Virus genome (UHGV): UHGV-0278189
DNA: 41,032 nucleotides
Direction: 5' to 3' (one strand)
From: a virus
Each line of letters opens with the position of its first letter. Position 1 is the first letter of the stretch. Shown here piece after piece: positions 27,331 through 35,444 of this stretch. Made by a program: the position numbers and the translations under genes. The notes below the pieces were generated by a model. It made no database searches. It was not told the origin of the DNA and worked only from the letters and a program-made list of their open reading frames with translations.

Positions 27331-28806
27331 TTAAGCATAGGGATCGTAATCTGTGATGGCCTTGCCTTGCTGGTTCTGCTGCCCGGGAATTCGCAGACGC
27401 TTAGACACAGGGAACGCAAACGTCAGCAGTAGCGCATCGCCTTTACCCGGTGAACGCCCAAGCCGCTCCTTGATATCTTCCTTCGGTTCGATAACGATTT
27501 TACCGTCCACTCGAACTTTGTACTCTGCCGCCGACAGGTCGTCTGCTGTTTCCTGGTCATCCAGCATGCCGCCCAGCCTCAGCCATGTCTTGCATGAATT
27601 GAACATCTCCCCACGCTTGTTGAGCATCTGCGGGTCAGTAGACGCGCCACCGAACGGAACAAGTTGCCATGTACGACCCCAGCCGTCACCGATTGACTTC
27701 AAACCGGTTCCGTAACCGAAGTCGATGAACACCGCGTCAGCCTGATACTGGTCTTCAAAGTCAGCGATACGCTTCGCCATAATCAGATCGTCGGTAGTCT
27801 TGTTGCCAGTCCACAGCACCTTACTGTGTAGCCCCTGCCGCAGGTATATCACAGCGTCATCAACGCCGGAGTATGCCGGGTCAACGCCGATTATCACCGG
27901 AGCATGTGCAACCTGCGCAGCGGTTACCACCCGTTTCATTGCCTCGTCAGTAAGACCGGTAGGGATAAACTGCAATTCAGATGCATCAGGGAATATGCCA
28001 CGCACACGGATTTTAACGAAGTCGCTGTCTTCCCCGTAGTCATCAACCCATTTCTGCAACTGCTGTTTGTTAGTGCCTTCCACCGTCCGGCTGTCAATCT
28101 GCGCAGTTTTCCAGCGGTGTTTATATTTGCGGAAACATTCGCGAAAACGCCCGGTGTTACGTGTAGGGTTTCCGAACGCCACCCAAATAATCTCAGTGTC
28201 TTCGTCCGTAAGCGCACCCTCGGCAACTTCCCACACCAGATCCGCAATGTTCGACGCTTCATCAAACACCACGATGATGCGTTTGCGCTCGTTGTGTAGT
28301 CCGGCGAATGCCTCGGTGTTGTGCTCAGACCAGGGTATTGCGTCAGCCCGCCACCGCTTGTCGTGCCCTAGGTCATTGCTGTACATCGCGGTAGCGGTAC
28401 AGGTAAACCAGTCTTTCGTGATAGCAAGGTTCGACCACTTGATAATTTCCGGCCAGGTCTTCGTTCGTAGCTGGTTGTCGGTGTTGGCGGTCACCACGAC
28501 CTTACAATCCTCGCAAGTGGACATGCCCCAGTTGATCAGCATTGAGATGAATGCGGATTTACCAATACCGTGACCAGAAGCGCGTGCCAGCATAAGCGGC
28601 TGATAGCGCGTCTCTGGATTCTGCAGGTGATCACGTATCTCTCGGAACGCATCAGCCTGCCACTGACGTGGGCCGGTGGCATGTGCCAGTTCAGTCCCCT
28701 CTTCCCCCCATGGGAACGCATAGAGGGCATAGCCAAGCGGATCGTGAGTGAACCCTGCAATATCCTCGATTAACTGCTCTTCAGGAGATAACGCTGTATC
28801 TGTCAC
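27331..28806 (-). CDS. Terminase large subunit
   Basis: 491 aa; Walker-A-like ARASGHGIGKSAF near N-terminus; C-terminal nuclease-like region; small-subunit gene directly upstream with 4-nt overlap. Confidence 0.8.
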   Translation of the reverse strand: MTDTALSPEEQLIEDIAGFTHDPLGYALYAFPWGEEGTELAHATGPRQWQADAFREIRDHLQNPETRYQPLMLARASGHGIGKSAFISMLINWGMSTCEDCKVVVTANTDNQLRTKTWPEIIKWSNLAITKDWFTCTATAMYSNDLGHDKRWRADAIPWSEHNTEAFAGLHNERKRIIVVFDEASNIADLVWEVAEGALTDEDTEIIWVAFGNPTRNTGRFRECFRKYKHRWKTAQIDSRTVEGTNKQQLQKWVDDYGEDSDFVKIRVRGIFPDASELQFIPTGLTDEAMKRVVTAAQVAHAPVIIGVDPAYSGVDDAVIYLRQGLHSKVLWTGNKTTDDLIMAKRIADFEDQYQADAVFIDFGYGTGLKSIGDGWGRTWQLVPFGGASTDPQMLNKRGEMFNSCKTWLRLGGMLDDQETADDLSAAEYKVRVDGKIVIEPKEDIKERLGRSPGKGDALLLTFAFPVSKRLRIPGQQNQQGKAITDYDPYA

Positions 28807-29477
28807 TGATTGCCATCCTGACGTTCTTTCAGTCTCTTCCTGGCTGCCGCTATGCGATCAGCAATTGTCACATTCACATTAACATCCAGGCGTTCTTTGA
28901 ATGCGTTGACGTCGACGTGCTTACCAATCAGTTCGAGGTTCTTCACCTTGTCAGGCCATTTAATTTTTTTGAGGATTGTCTCTATCGAATCCTCGTTCAT
29001 GTTCATGATGGTCGATGACAGATCAAAGCCACTAAGCGTAGTGCGCCAGATTTTCGGCCACTCGCGGATTGGCTTAAGGCTCCCATCGTCGTTGAGGATG
29101 TCGATCACGTCCATCTGGTCGATCTCCACCAGGCGCATGAGAACGTAATCAGCACTGACGCGCATTCGTTTGTTGCGCTCTTCCATCAGCTCGGCAATCC
29201 GTTTTTGAATGCGTTCATCGCGCATCATGAGACTGGCTTTAACTGCCGCTGTATTTGGGGAGAATCCTGCGTTAATCGCAGCCTGAGTCTGGTTTTCAGG
29301 CGTTTGGATGTATGACTGGCAATAAGCCTCCTGCATTGCTGTTAGTGGCTTAAATTGCGTTGATTTGCGTTTATAGGTTTTAGGTTCAGCAGGCATCATA
29401 ACCACCGTGGTAATAGTTACCGTTGTGGTAATAGTACCATGCAAAATAAAGCCGCCATAGTTGGCGGCAGTATTCAA
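28803..29477 (-). CDS. Terminase small subunit
   Basis: 224 aa; HTH-like segment LTAMQEAYCQSYIQTPENQTQAAINAGFS typical of small terminases; true start could be internal ATG at 29399. Confidence 0.6.
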   Translation of the reverse strand: MNTAANYGGFILHGTITTTVTITTVVMMPAEPKTYKRKSTQFKPLTAMQEAYCQSYIQTPENQTQAAINAGFSPNTAAVKASLMMRDERIQKRIAELMEERNKRMRVSADYVLMRLVEIDQMDVIDILNDDGSLKPIREWPKIWRTTLSGFDLSSTIMNMNEDSIETILKKIKWPDKVKNLELIGKHVDVNAFKERLDVNVNVTIADRIAAARKRLKERQDGNQ

Positions 29478-29707
29478 AGTCCATCAAATTCATCGTAAAA
29501 ACTCTCGTCAAGATACCCTTCCCATTTACCGCGAATGAAAATTACATCCTCGCCGCAAGGGTGCTGACTGTCGATAACTATATCCCTCCTGGCGCAACCA
29601 TACTTATGCATGAGAAATTTAACCTCTTTCGGAAAATTTGCTGAGTTATCTCTCATATCTTCAAGGTCGTAGCGTATTTTTGGCATAACACCTTCGTGAC
29701 ATGTCAC
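29474..29707 (-). CDS. Hypothetical small protein (nin-like region)
   Basis: 77 aa; coupled to terminase small subunit start. Confidence 0.45.
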   Translation of the reverse strand: MTCHEGVMPKIRYDLEDMRDNSANFPKEVKFLMHKYGCARRDIVIDSQHPCGEDVIFIRGKWEGYLDESFYDEFDGL

Positions 29708-30045
29708 ACTATTAATTTCGTTTCATGCCAGCCTTTAGTCACCCAGCATTGCGAGTCACCATTACACGGGCATGAATTAACGGGAACTCTCTCGCCGCAC
29801 TTACCGCAAAGTTTTCTGCTGATCGATTTTATACGCCCGCGCACACGTGCATCATCCTGGCGGATCAGCAGCGCGATGTACTCGGCCATTTCATAGGGAT
29901 CGTGACCAGGGCGCCGGGCGGCGCAGTTCCGCGCCAGCATTTCCTGCTCCTGCTTATCCAGCACCAGTTCAATTTTGCGCTCACCGGCGGCGGACTGCCG
30001 AGCGCGCTGCGCGGCTTTGCGCTCTGCTGCTGATTTAGCCATCAA
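29704..30045 (-). CDS. Hypothetical protein with C-terminal Cys cluster
   Basis: 113 aa; CGKCG...CPCNGDSQC motif; coupled. Confidence 0.5.
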   Translation of the reverse strand: MMAKSAAERKAAQRARQSAAGERKIELVLDKQEQEMLARNCAARRPGHDPYEMAEYIALLIRQDDARVRGRIKSISRKLCGKCGERVPVNSCPCNGDSQCWVTKGWHETKLIV

Positions 30046-30316
30046 TATTCACCTTTATCGCGAACACCTTTACCGGTTTATCACCGAAGTGCGGATGTGT
30101 GATTGTCTTGATTTCATATCCACCATACGGAACATCAATTCTGCGACTGGAATCGTCGCGCTTCGGATATCCCTTTGTGATAATCAGGCGGTCATATTCC
30201 CGGAACATAATTCGCTTATTCCAGTAGTCATTGCACAGGCGATACTCTTCCGTTTTCTCCCCGCGAATCATGGCATCGAAGTATTCACCTTTGACGGCAA
30301 GTTGTAGGTTAGCCAC
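30035..30316 (-). CDS. Hypothetical small protein
   Basis: 93 aa; coupled with flanking genes. Confidence 0.5.
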   Translation of the reverse strand: MANLQLAVKGEYFDAMIRGEKTEEYRLCNDYWNKRIMFREYDRLIITKGYPKRDDSSRRIDVPYGGYEIKTITHPHFGDKPVKVFAIKVNIDG

Positions 30317-30887
30317 GGTTAACCTCCTGCGGCGGTTCCGGTAGAGGCATCCAGTACAAGGCGTTCCCTAACCACGATAAAGTGCCGTCGCTCAACTCCA
30401 CGTATTCCCCTTGTACCTGTCCTGCCATATACTCGCCGTGCTTTGAATAAATTAAAATCCAATCATCTTGAGCGGGCATTCGCTCACTACAGCTTATCCA
30501 ACCATCCGGAGTTACCGGATAGTTGCCCGACAGCTCGTTCAACTTGTAAGTTTGGCTTACAGGTTCGGCTTCCAGTTCTGCAATGCGCTTCTCTGCAGCT
30601 TCCAGCTCAACACGCAGCTTCCCTACCGTTAGCGCAATATCCTCGTTCTCCTGGTCGCGGCGTTTGATGTATTGCTGGTTTCTTTCCCGTTCATCCAGCA
30701 GTGCCAGCACGGTTTCTGGTCCGGTCAGAAATTTGAAGGCGTTGAGCGCATCAATATCCACACCGTAATCTTTAAGTTCCTGTTCACTTAACAAATCATC
30801 ATCAACTGGCAACATTAACAGGCGATCCATTGCCGGAATTGCACGCTCTGCCTCCTCACGCAGTGCCTGATAGTCAATCTTGCTCAC
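30309..30887 (-). CDS. Hypothetical protein with DUF551-like C-terminus
   Basis: 192 aa; C-terminal GWISCSERMP...WMPLPEPP resembles DUF551 seen on lambdoid early-region proteins (recollection). Confidence 0.5.
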   Translation of the reverse strand: MSKIDYQALREEAERAIPAMDRLLMLPVDDDLLSEQELKDYGVDIDALNAFKFLTGPETVLALLDERERNQQYIKRRDQENEDIALTVGKLRVELEAAEKRIAELEAEPVSQTYKLNELSGNYPVTPDGWISCSERMPAQDDWILIYSKHGEYMAGQVQGEYVELSDGTLSWLGNALYWMPLPEPPQEVNRG

Positions 30888-31420
30888 TGGTTGCCTCCTT
30901 TGCGAAGCTGGGCAGCAAAGTCAACTAACCACTCAGTCATTTCAACCTTCCCTACCAGGTCTGAACCAGGGTGCATACAGCAATCACTCTGCGCCGCTTT
31001 GAAATCCTTATACTCATATTCTTGGGCCACCAGATTTTTTGCAGCTTCTATAGCAGCATCCACCCCCTGCGCCCGTACTTCAGCCAGGAATGCGTCGGTG
31101 GCTGGGGTGTCTGATTGCAGAGACTTTGCGCGATAGTCATTCCACCCTCTTGCATACATGGGATTAACTTGCACTCCATCTTTTACGCAATATGCCTGAC
31201 CTCCACGGTTGATAACCTTGATTTCGCCCATAGCGCCAGACTTCAGCCCCGCATTCTCCACAGCCAGCGCATTAGCACGCACCAGTTGCACTTCCAGTTG
31301 CGTTGCCAAATCGCTGAGCAGCTTTGCCACACTGCGCATATCAACGGCACCACATTCTGCTTTCAGTTCCGAAGCCATCTCATGCCCGTCGGCAACTAAC
31401 CCTTTGATATTACTTTCCAT
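30884..31420 (-). CDS. Hypothetical early-region protein
   Basis: 178 aa; coupled to downstream gene. Confidence 0.5.
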   Translation of the reverse strand: MESNIKGLVADGHEMASELKAECGAVDMRSVAKLLSDLATQLEVQLVRANALAVENAGLKSGAMGEIKVINRGGQAYCVKDGVQVNPMYARGWNDYRAKSLQSDTPATDAFLAEVRAQGVDAAIEAAKNLVAQEYEYKDFKAAQSDCCMHPGSDLVGKVEMTEWLVDFAAQLRKGGNQ

Positions 31421-31481
31421 CTTTACCCTCGCTTATCCACATAACTTATTGATTACATTGATAACTAAAAAGATCGTCGAT

Positions 31482-31829
31482 TCAGAACTCTTCGATGTTC
31501 CAGCCACCACCTGCTTTCTTTGGTTTAACCGTTACCCCGATGATTCGGAACGGATACTGATCTGCGGCGACTTTGGTTTTCACCCTGGCGTCGTCGGTCC
31601 AGAATCCCCCTTTCACTTCGTGCAGCTCCATCTCGCCGGTGGCGAGCATCACAGCAAAATCGGGCGTATAGAACGTGTTGTCAGCTAACCGCAGCTTGAT
31701 ACCCTCAAATCGATACCAGACGATTTCTCCTGCACGTTTACGCATCTCAAGGTGCTGGCAATACGCAGATTCTGTTTTGTTCATCTGGCCTGTTTTGAGT
31801 CGACCAAGAGCCTGTATCTGTTTTCTCAT
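31482..31829 (-). CDS. PD-(D/E)XK-like small nuclease-fold protein (DUF1064-like)
   Basis: 115 aa; motif YTPDF...ELHEVKG consistent with a PD-(D/E)xK core. Confidence 0.5.
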   Translation of the reverse strand: MRKQIQALGRLKTGQMNKTESAYCQHLEMRKRAGEIVWYRFEGIKLRLADNTFYTPDFAVMLATGEMELHEVKGGFWTDDARVKTKVAADQYPFRIIGVTVKPKKAGGGWNIEEF

Positions 31830-31831
31830 GA

Positions 31832-31848
31832 TTTACCTCTGAGGTAAT
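31832..31848. promoter_or_regulatory. Operator-like palindrome TTACC-N5-GGTAA (copy 10)
   Basis: tTTACCtctgaGGTAAt immediately upstream of the 31829 start codon, overlapping its RBS. Confidence 0.55.
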
Positions 31849-31893
31849 TAAAAACCACATAAGACACGAAATCAATAGAGTTTAGAATATTTT

Positions 31894-31910
31894 GTTACCC
31901 AACAGGTAAC
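31894..31910. promoter_or_regulatory. Operator-like palindrome TTACC-N5-GGTAA (copy 6)
   Basis: gTTACCcaacaGGTAAc between P-like gene end and the DUF1064-like gene. Confidence 0.55.
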
Positions 31911-31946
31911 TATCAAGACATAAAAAAATGCGCTATCGCGCTGGTA

Positions 31947-32723
31947 TTACTTGATAAATCCTGCCGCCTTTCCCCGCCTGTATTCCTCCATCAGCCACTG
32001 CGCCGGTGTTATTCCCCCCAGGGTGGCGGCGTTAGGCATGCACCCGAAACTTCGCCCTGGCGGGTGGTAAACGTCTCTCCCTGTGTCCGGAGGCGTACTC
32101 ATGGGTTCTGGCTTTGCCTGTATGCTGATCACCGGATCGGGTATCTGCTGTCCGGAAGCCACCTTTTTCGCCCAATCATCGAGCAGCCTGCGCGCGTGTT
32201 TCTCAACCTCAATCTCGCTAAGCTGGCGCTGATACATTGCACGGCGGGTATCACATACGACCCAGTACATAACCGGATGCCGCCACGGGAATCTTTCGGG
32301 ACCACCAGGATATAAACTTTTTTCCTTGCTGTACCGGTGAAACTCCGCCATCACATCGTCAATGGTGACGCCAAGAACCATCTTGCTGTCTTTACACCAC
32401 TTGATGAATTGCCCTGGCGACGGCCAGAACGGAGACTCACTGGCGCGGGCGTGGCGCATACCAGCGTTAACCTGTTCCATTGTAGTGATCCCATTCTCCA
32501 GAAACGCAAGCATCCATTGCTTACGGAATTCATTAAGTTTGTTCTGCTCCCTTATGGTCGAAACGCTTGCAGGAAATGCAGCCTGTAACTGGACAAATAG
32601 TTCATTGAAAATTCTAGCGACCTGCTCCTTTTTGCCATTGCTGTCACGCCGCTCTTCATGCACAGCAACACCATGCTCACGTAAGCGATCGTACTCATTG
32701 AGAAGTTCTGGAGTTGATTTCAT
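31947..32723 (-). CDS. Replication protein P-like (helicase loader)
   Basis: 258 aa; segments FPAS..REQN..NE.RKQWMLAFLENGITTMEQVNAGMRHAR and PSPGQFIKWC match my recollection of lambda P. Confidence 0.75.
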   Translation of the reverse strand: MKSTPELLNEYDRLREHGVAVHEERRDSNGKKEQVARIFNELFVQLQAAFPASVSTIREQNKLNEFRKQWMLAFLENGITTMEQVNAGMRHARASESPFWPSPGQFIKWCKDSKMVLGVTIDDVMAEFHRYSKEKSLYPGGPERFPWRHPVMYWVVCDTRRAMYQRQLSEIEVEKHARRLLDDWAKKVASGQQIPDPVISIQAKPEPMSTPPDTGRDVYHPPGRSFGCMPNAATLGGITPAQWLMEEYRRGKAAGFIK

Positions 32724-33543
32724 CCCACACCCCTTCTATCCAGTCAGTGTTATTCCAGTCAAGCTCATCGCTTTTCCCGACGTTTTTTGATTTTCCCCTG
32801 ATATGATTTACGTGCCTGGCGAATTTTTGTTCCCACTGAACCTGCGTGAACACTTTGCCCTCAGCCATCCAGTAATCCCGGAATGCAGCAAGTTCAGCAG
32901 GTGTAAATTCCGGTTCCGGCAGGGCCGTTCCCCACAGCGCAGCACGCCGTCGAAAATCCGGCGACGGATGCCAGCCATCGGTCATCGGAAATTTCCCAAT
33001 AGGTTCACTCAGGCCATCCAGAAATGCAGGTTCTGCCACCTGCAACGGCGTACCGTTCGCTTCACTGGTCGGAGCACCCTCGCGCACGTGCGCTATGTGT
33101 GGGGTTTTATATATATCTTCCTCTTCCTCTTCCTCTGGTAACTCCTTTTGTAACGCTGTTGGCGTTACTTTTTGCGTTACTCGTTTTCGATGCTCTGCCA
33201 CTCTTCTATTCGTAAGTGCACGTTTTTTCGATGATTCTCCATTATGTCGCTCAAAGTTTGGAAGAATTAGTTTGCCGTCATGATAAGCAAGCCATCCGAC
33301 GCTAATGAGGGCGTCAGCAAATCCTGTAATAAAAGCGAGTCTATCAAGTACTCCTTTTGTAACGCTGCCAGCGTTACCGTCTATTGTTTGCTGGTCAGCC
33401 CATGCCCATATACGAACCAGCTTTCCAAGAACAGCATCTGGATCAATACCCAGAATTTCTGCTATCTGAAAAATTTCAGGTTTATCAGGAGTGATAACTT
33501 CAACCTTAATCCAGCTGCTTGCCATAGGTTTCCCCTCTTGCAC
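32695..33543 (-). CDS. Replication initiator / replisome organiser (O-like position) with poly-Glu linker
   Basis: 282 aa; sits directly upstream of P-like gene; contains EEEEEE linker and two DNA-level repeat copies inside the gene; C-terminal region may be DnaT-like. Confidence 0.6.
   Translation of the reverse strand: MQEGKPMASSWIKVEVITPDKPEIFQIAEILGIDPDAVLGKLVRIWAWADQQTIDGNAGSVTKGVLDRLAFITGFADALISVGWLAYHDGKLILPNFERHNGESSKKRALTNRRVAEHRKRVTQKVTPTALQKELPEEEEEEDIYKTPHIAHVREGAPTSEANGTPLQVAEPAFLDGLSEPIGKFPMTDGWHPSPDFRRRAALWGTALPEPEFTPAELAAFRDYWMAEGKVFTQVQWEQKFARHVNHIRGKSKNVGKSDELDWNNTDWIEGVWDEINSRTSQ
33141..33180. repeat. Iteron-like repeat copy 1 within O-like gene
   Basis: actccttttGTAACGCtgttgGCGTTACtttttGCGTTAC next to AT-rich atatatat and polypurine tract. 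Confidence 0.5.
33350..33377. repeat. Iteron-like repeat copy 2 within O-like gene (perfect 9-1-9 palindrome)
   Basis: actccttttGTAACGCTGcCAGCGTTAC; shares an 18-nt block (actccttttgtaacgctg) with copy 1. Confidence 0.5.
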
Positions 33544-33718
33544 TCTTTAGTGCACAAGCAAATTCATTACGATGGCGGTTGGCGCTATTCATTGCACATT
33601 CAACACATGTTCCGTTCAGAACATACCTTTCAGAGAGATGGCCGTGACGGCACCGCTTTCCTGTGAAATAGCGATTTAACCCGGCTTTTGCGGCCTCCAT
33701 TCTGGTTACTATCTTCAA
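33506..33718 (-). CDS. Small zinc-finger-like protein between cro-like and O-like genes
   Basis: 70 aa; CRHGH...CVEC motif; occupies cII-like position; overlaps O-like start. Confidence 0.45.
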   Translation of the reverse strand: MKIVTRMEAAKAGLNRYFTGKRCRHGHLSERYVLNGTCVECAMNSANRHRNEFACALKSARGETYGKQLD

Positions 33719-33795
33719 TTTTTCCGCCCCTTTTTGTTATTGATATTGGCTATTTTGCACAATTGGAAAACTTGATCAACCAGATTTGGTTTTTT

Positions 33796-33812
33796 ATTAC
33801 CTTTGAGGTACG
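33796..33812. promoter_or_regulatory. Operator-like site, one mismatch (TTACC-N5-GGTAC)
   Basis: aTTACCtttgaGGTACg between cro-like terminator hairpin and replication genes. Confidence 0.4.
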
Positions 33813-33825
33813 AATAGATATGAAA

Positions 33826-33845
33826 AGACCGCCGGGTGGCGGTCT
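33826..33845 (-). terminator. Hairpin downstream of cro-like gene (tR1-like, putative)
   Basis: AGACCGCC-gggt-GGCGGTCT; on the - strand followed by TTTCATATCTATT. Confidence 0.45.
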
Positions 33846-33866
33846 ACAGAGGGTTGTAGCTGGATA

Positions 33867-34097
33867 TCATGAGTAGAAGAAGTATGCCAATTCTGCTTTT
33901 GAGCGCAGCCATTGTCTTGTTTTACAGGCTTTAAAAAGCCCATTCATCAATACCTTACCTGGCATTTTGCGCTTACCTGTTAAGTGAGTCTGGATATAGT
34001 GACTCGTCGTTCCGGCTTCCTGTGCGAAGGCTTCACGCTCATCCGGAGTAAGTGCAAGCCAGTGCTTTTTGAAATCGAAATGTCCGTTATCGCTCAT
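33867..34097 (-). CDS. Cro-like HTH regulator
   Basis: 76 aa; divergent from repressor gene across a 154-bp operator region; HTH-like segment EAGTTSHYIQTHLTGKR. Confidence 0.6.
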   Translation of the reverse strand: MSDNGHFDFKKHWLALTPDEREAFAQEAGTTSHYIQTHLTGKRKMPGKVLMNGLFKACKTRQWLRSKAELAYFFYS

Positions 34098-34180
34098 AGC
34101 TATTGCCTGATATTTATTTCAGATAATAAATATTCACCCATAAGGTAACAAAAATCAAGGATAGTTACCTGTGTGGTGCA

Positions 34181-34197
34181 TTTACCTGTTGGGTAAT
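34181..34197. promoter_or_regulatory. Operator-like palindrome TTACC-N5-GGTAA (copy 7, OR-like)
   Basis: tTTACCtgttgGGTAAt in cro/repressor intergenic region; additional half-sites GGTAAC (34144) and GTTACC (34164) nearby. Confidence 0.65.
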
Positions 34198-34251
34198 ATT
34201 GCTTTAAATTGAATCATCTACTGATTCATATATGAGGCGATTTTCCAGAAA

Positions 34252-34836
34252 ATGAAAAGTATCCAGGACGTCCGCAGGCAAAATCTCAACGACTTGATCG
34301 ACCGTGAATTCAATGGTGTTCAGACGCGGATGGCTGAAAAACTTGGAACTCAGGCAAATCTGGTAAACCGCTGGGCTCTTGGCAAGAAGGTTATCGGCGA
34401 CCAGGTTGCACGAAAAATTGAAGCTGCCGCCAATAAACCCCGTAACTGGCTTGATATCGATCGCTCGCTTTCTCAGGAAGGTTTTCAGCCTGTCGGCCCA
34501 AGCGACATTGGCCAGCTGGCGGCTCACAACCTGGAACGCTGGATGAGCGAAAGCCGCGACCTTTCAACACAGGGAAAACTTCACCGCGCATCCGGCGTAG
34601 CCCAGGTGACAATCAGCCGCCTATTAAACAATGAGGTCAGCGTTTCCATTTCCACCCTGGAGAATGTTGCATCCGCATTCGGGCGTCACGGCTATGAATT
34701 ACTGATTCACCCGCACGACCCTGCGACCATCAACTATGATCGCTCGCGCTACGCATTGTTACCCGAAACCGAGAAAGCAAAGATCGAAAGTTACATTGAA
34801 TTTGTCATCAACCAGAACGAAAAAAACAAACAATAA
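34252..34836 (+). CDS. CI-like repressor with HTH motifs and no LexA-like protease domain
   Basis: 194 aa; two HTH-like segments (TQANLVNRWALGKKVIGDQVARKIE and ASGVAQVTISRLLNNEVSVSISTLENVASAFG); divergent from cro-like gene; followed by strong terminator. Confidence 0.6.
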   Translation: MKSIQDVRRQNLNDLIDREFNGVQTRMAEKLGTQANLVNRWALGKKVIGDQVARKIEAAANKPRNWLDIDRSLSQEGFQPVGPSDIGQLAAHNLERWMSESRDLSTQGKLHRASGVAQVTISRLLNNEVSVSISTLENVASAFGRHGYELLIHPHDPATINYDRSRYALLPETEKAKIESYIEFVINQNEKNKQ

Positions 34837-34858
34837 AACCATATTTTTCAGTAAGTAA

Positions 34859-34882
34859 GCCGCCTTATGGCGGCTTTTTTAT
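34859..34882 (+). terminator. Rho-independent terminator after repressor gene
   Basis: GCCGCC-ttat-GGCGGC followed by TTTTTTATT. Confidence 0.8.
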
Positions 34883-34892
34883 TGCCTATTCG

Positions 34893-34909
34893 ATTACCTG
34901 ACGGGTAAT
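34893..34909. promoter_or_regulatory. Operator-like palindrome TTACC-N5-GGTAA (copy 8, OL-like)
   Basis: aTTACCtgacgGGTAAt. Confidence 0.65.
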
Positions 34910-34927
34910 TTTTTTAACTCATATCTA

Positions 34928-34956
34928 TTGACATCAAACCATATACGCATAATTAT
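34928..34956 (+). promoter_or_regulatory. Putative pL-like sigma70 promoter
   Basis: TTGACA at 34928-34933; AT-rich -10 candidates ~16-17 bp downstream; overlapped by operator copy 9. Confidence 0.35.
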
Positions 34957-34971
34957 TACCTCAACGGTAAC
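34955..34971. promoter_or_regulatory. Operator-like palindrome TTACC-N5-GGTAA (copy 9, OL-like)
   Basis: aTTACCtcaacGGTAAc plus extra half-site GGTAAC at 34979. Confidence 0.65.
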
Positions 34972-34989
34972 AGACCGAGGTAACAAGTT

Positions 34990-35142
34990 ATGCAGTGGAA
35001 AATCATCAACGGTTGGTACTGCGTTACTGCATGCGGATTCATGAGCTGGAAGTTCCGCACCTTACAGGAAGGCATTAAGTGGGCTTTCGTCAGCAAAGAA
35101 GCTCGCGATGTGGCCAACGATAACGAGATATGGGAGGGCTGA
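34990..35142 (+). CDS. Possible 50-aa Trp-rich small protein, first gene after pL-like promoter (not in ORF track)
   Basis: ATG 34990 preceded by GAGG 10 nt upstream; translates MQWKIINGWYCVTACGFMSWKFRTLQEGIKWAFVSKEARDVANDNEIWEG; stop TGA 35140-35142 just before next start. Confidence 0.35.
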   Translation: MQWKIINGWYCVTACGFMSWKFRTLQEGIKWAFVSKEARDVANDNEIWEG

Positions 35143-35144
35143 TA

Positions 35145-35444
35145 ATGAACGTTAATCAGCAGAAAAATCTTCAAAAAATCATGCTGGCATTCGACAAGGA
35201 CTACCGCCTGTCAGAACAGCTATATGACCGACAAGTTGAACTGATTGAGAGCATCCGACTTCATCAACTGTCCTCAACTTTCGACGTTGTAACAGGCAAA
35301 GGCGTTCGTCAGGAAGTGCTGGAGGCTGCTAAAGACAGCCCTGAGTTCGAAGAACTGATGGATGCCTACCGGCGCGAGGCAATGGCAATTATCGCCCGCT
35401 GGGATCTGGCGGATCAGCTTGATGGACAGAGGGACGCGGCATGA
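35145..35444 (+). CDS. Hypothetical early leftward-operon protein
   Basis: 99 aa from ATG 35145 with GGGAGGG RBS (ORF track starts 35130); 4-nt overlap with next gene. Confidence 0.55.
   Translation: MNVNQQKNLQKIMLAFDKDYRLSEQLYDRQVELIESIRLHQLSSTFDVVTGKGVRQEVLEAAKDSPEFEELMDAYRREAMAIIARWDLADQLDGQRDAA

Noticed and set aside
27904-28573. ORFs on + strand (131 aa, 168 aa)
   Set aside because: Antisense within the terminase large subunit gene.
29478-31946. Search for a Q-like late antiterminator between replication genes and terminase
   Set aside because: None of the small proteins here shows a recognisable Q or zinc-finger antiterminator pattern; absence noted, not proven.
33117-33135. CTT/CCT microsatellite-like tract (cttcctcttcctcttcctc)
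   Set aside because: It encodes the Glu6 linker of the O-like protein on the - strand; treated as coding low-complexity, though it may contribute to the candidate origin.
6711-34971. Recurrent motif read as a phage RNA polymerase promoter (T7-like)
   Set aside because: The motif is a symmetric palindrome, typical of a dimeric DNA-binding protein, and no single-subunit RNA polymerase gene is in the window.
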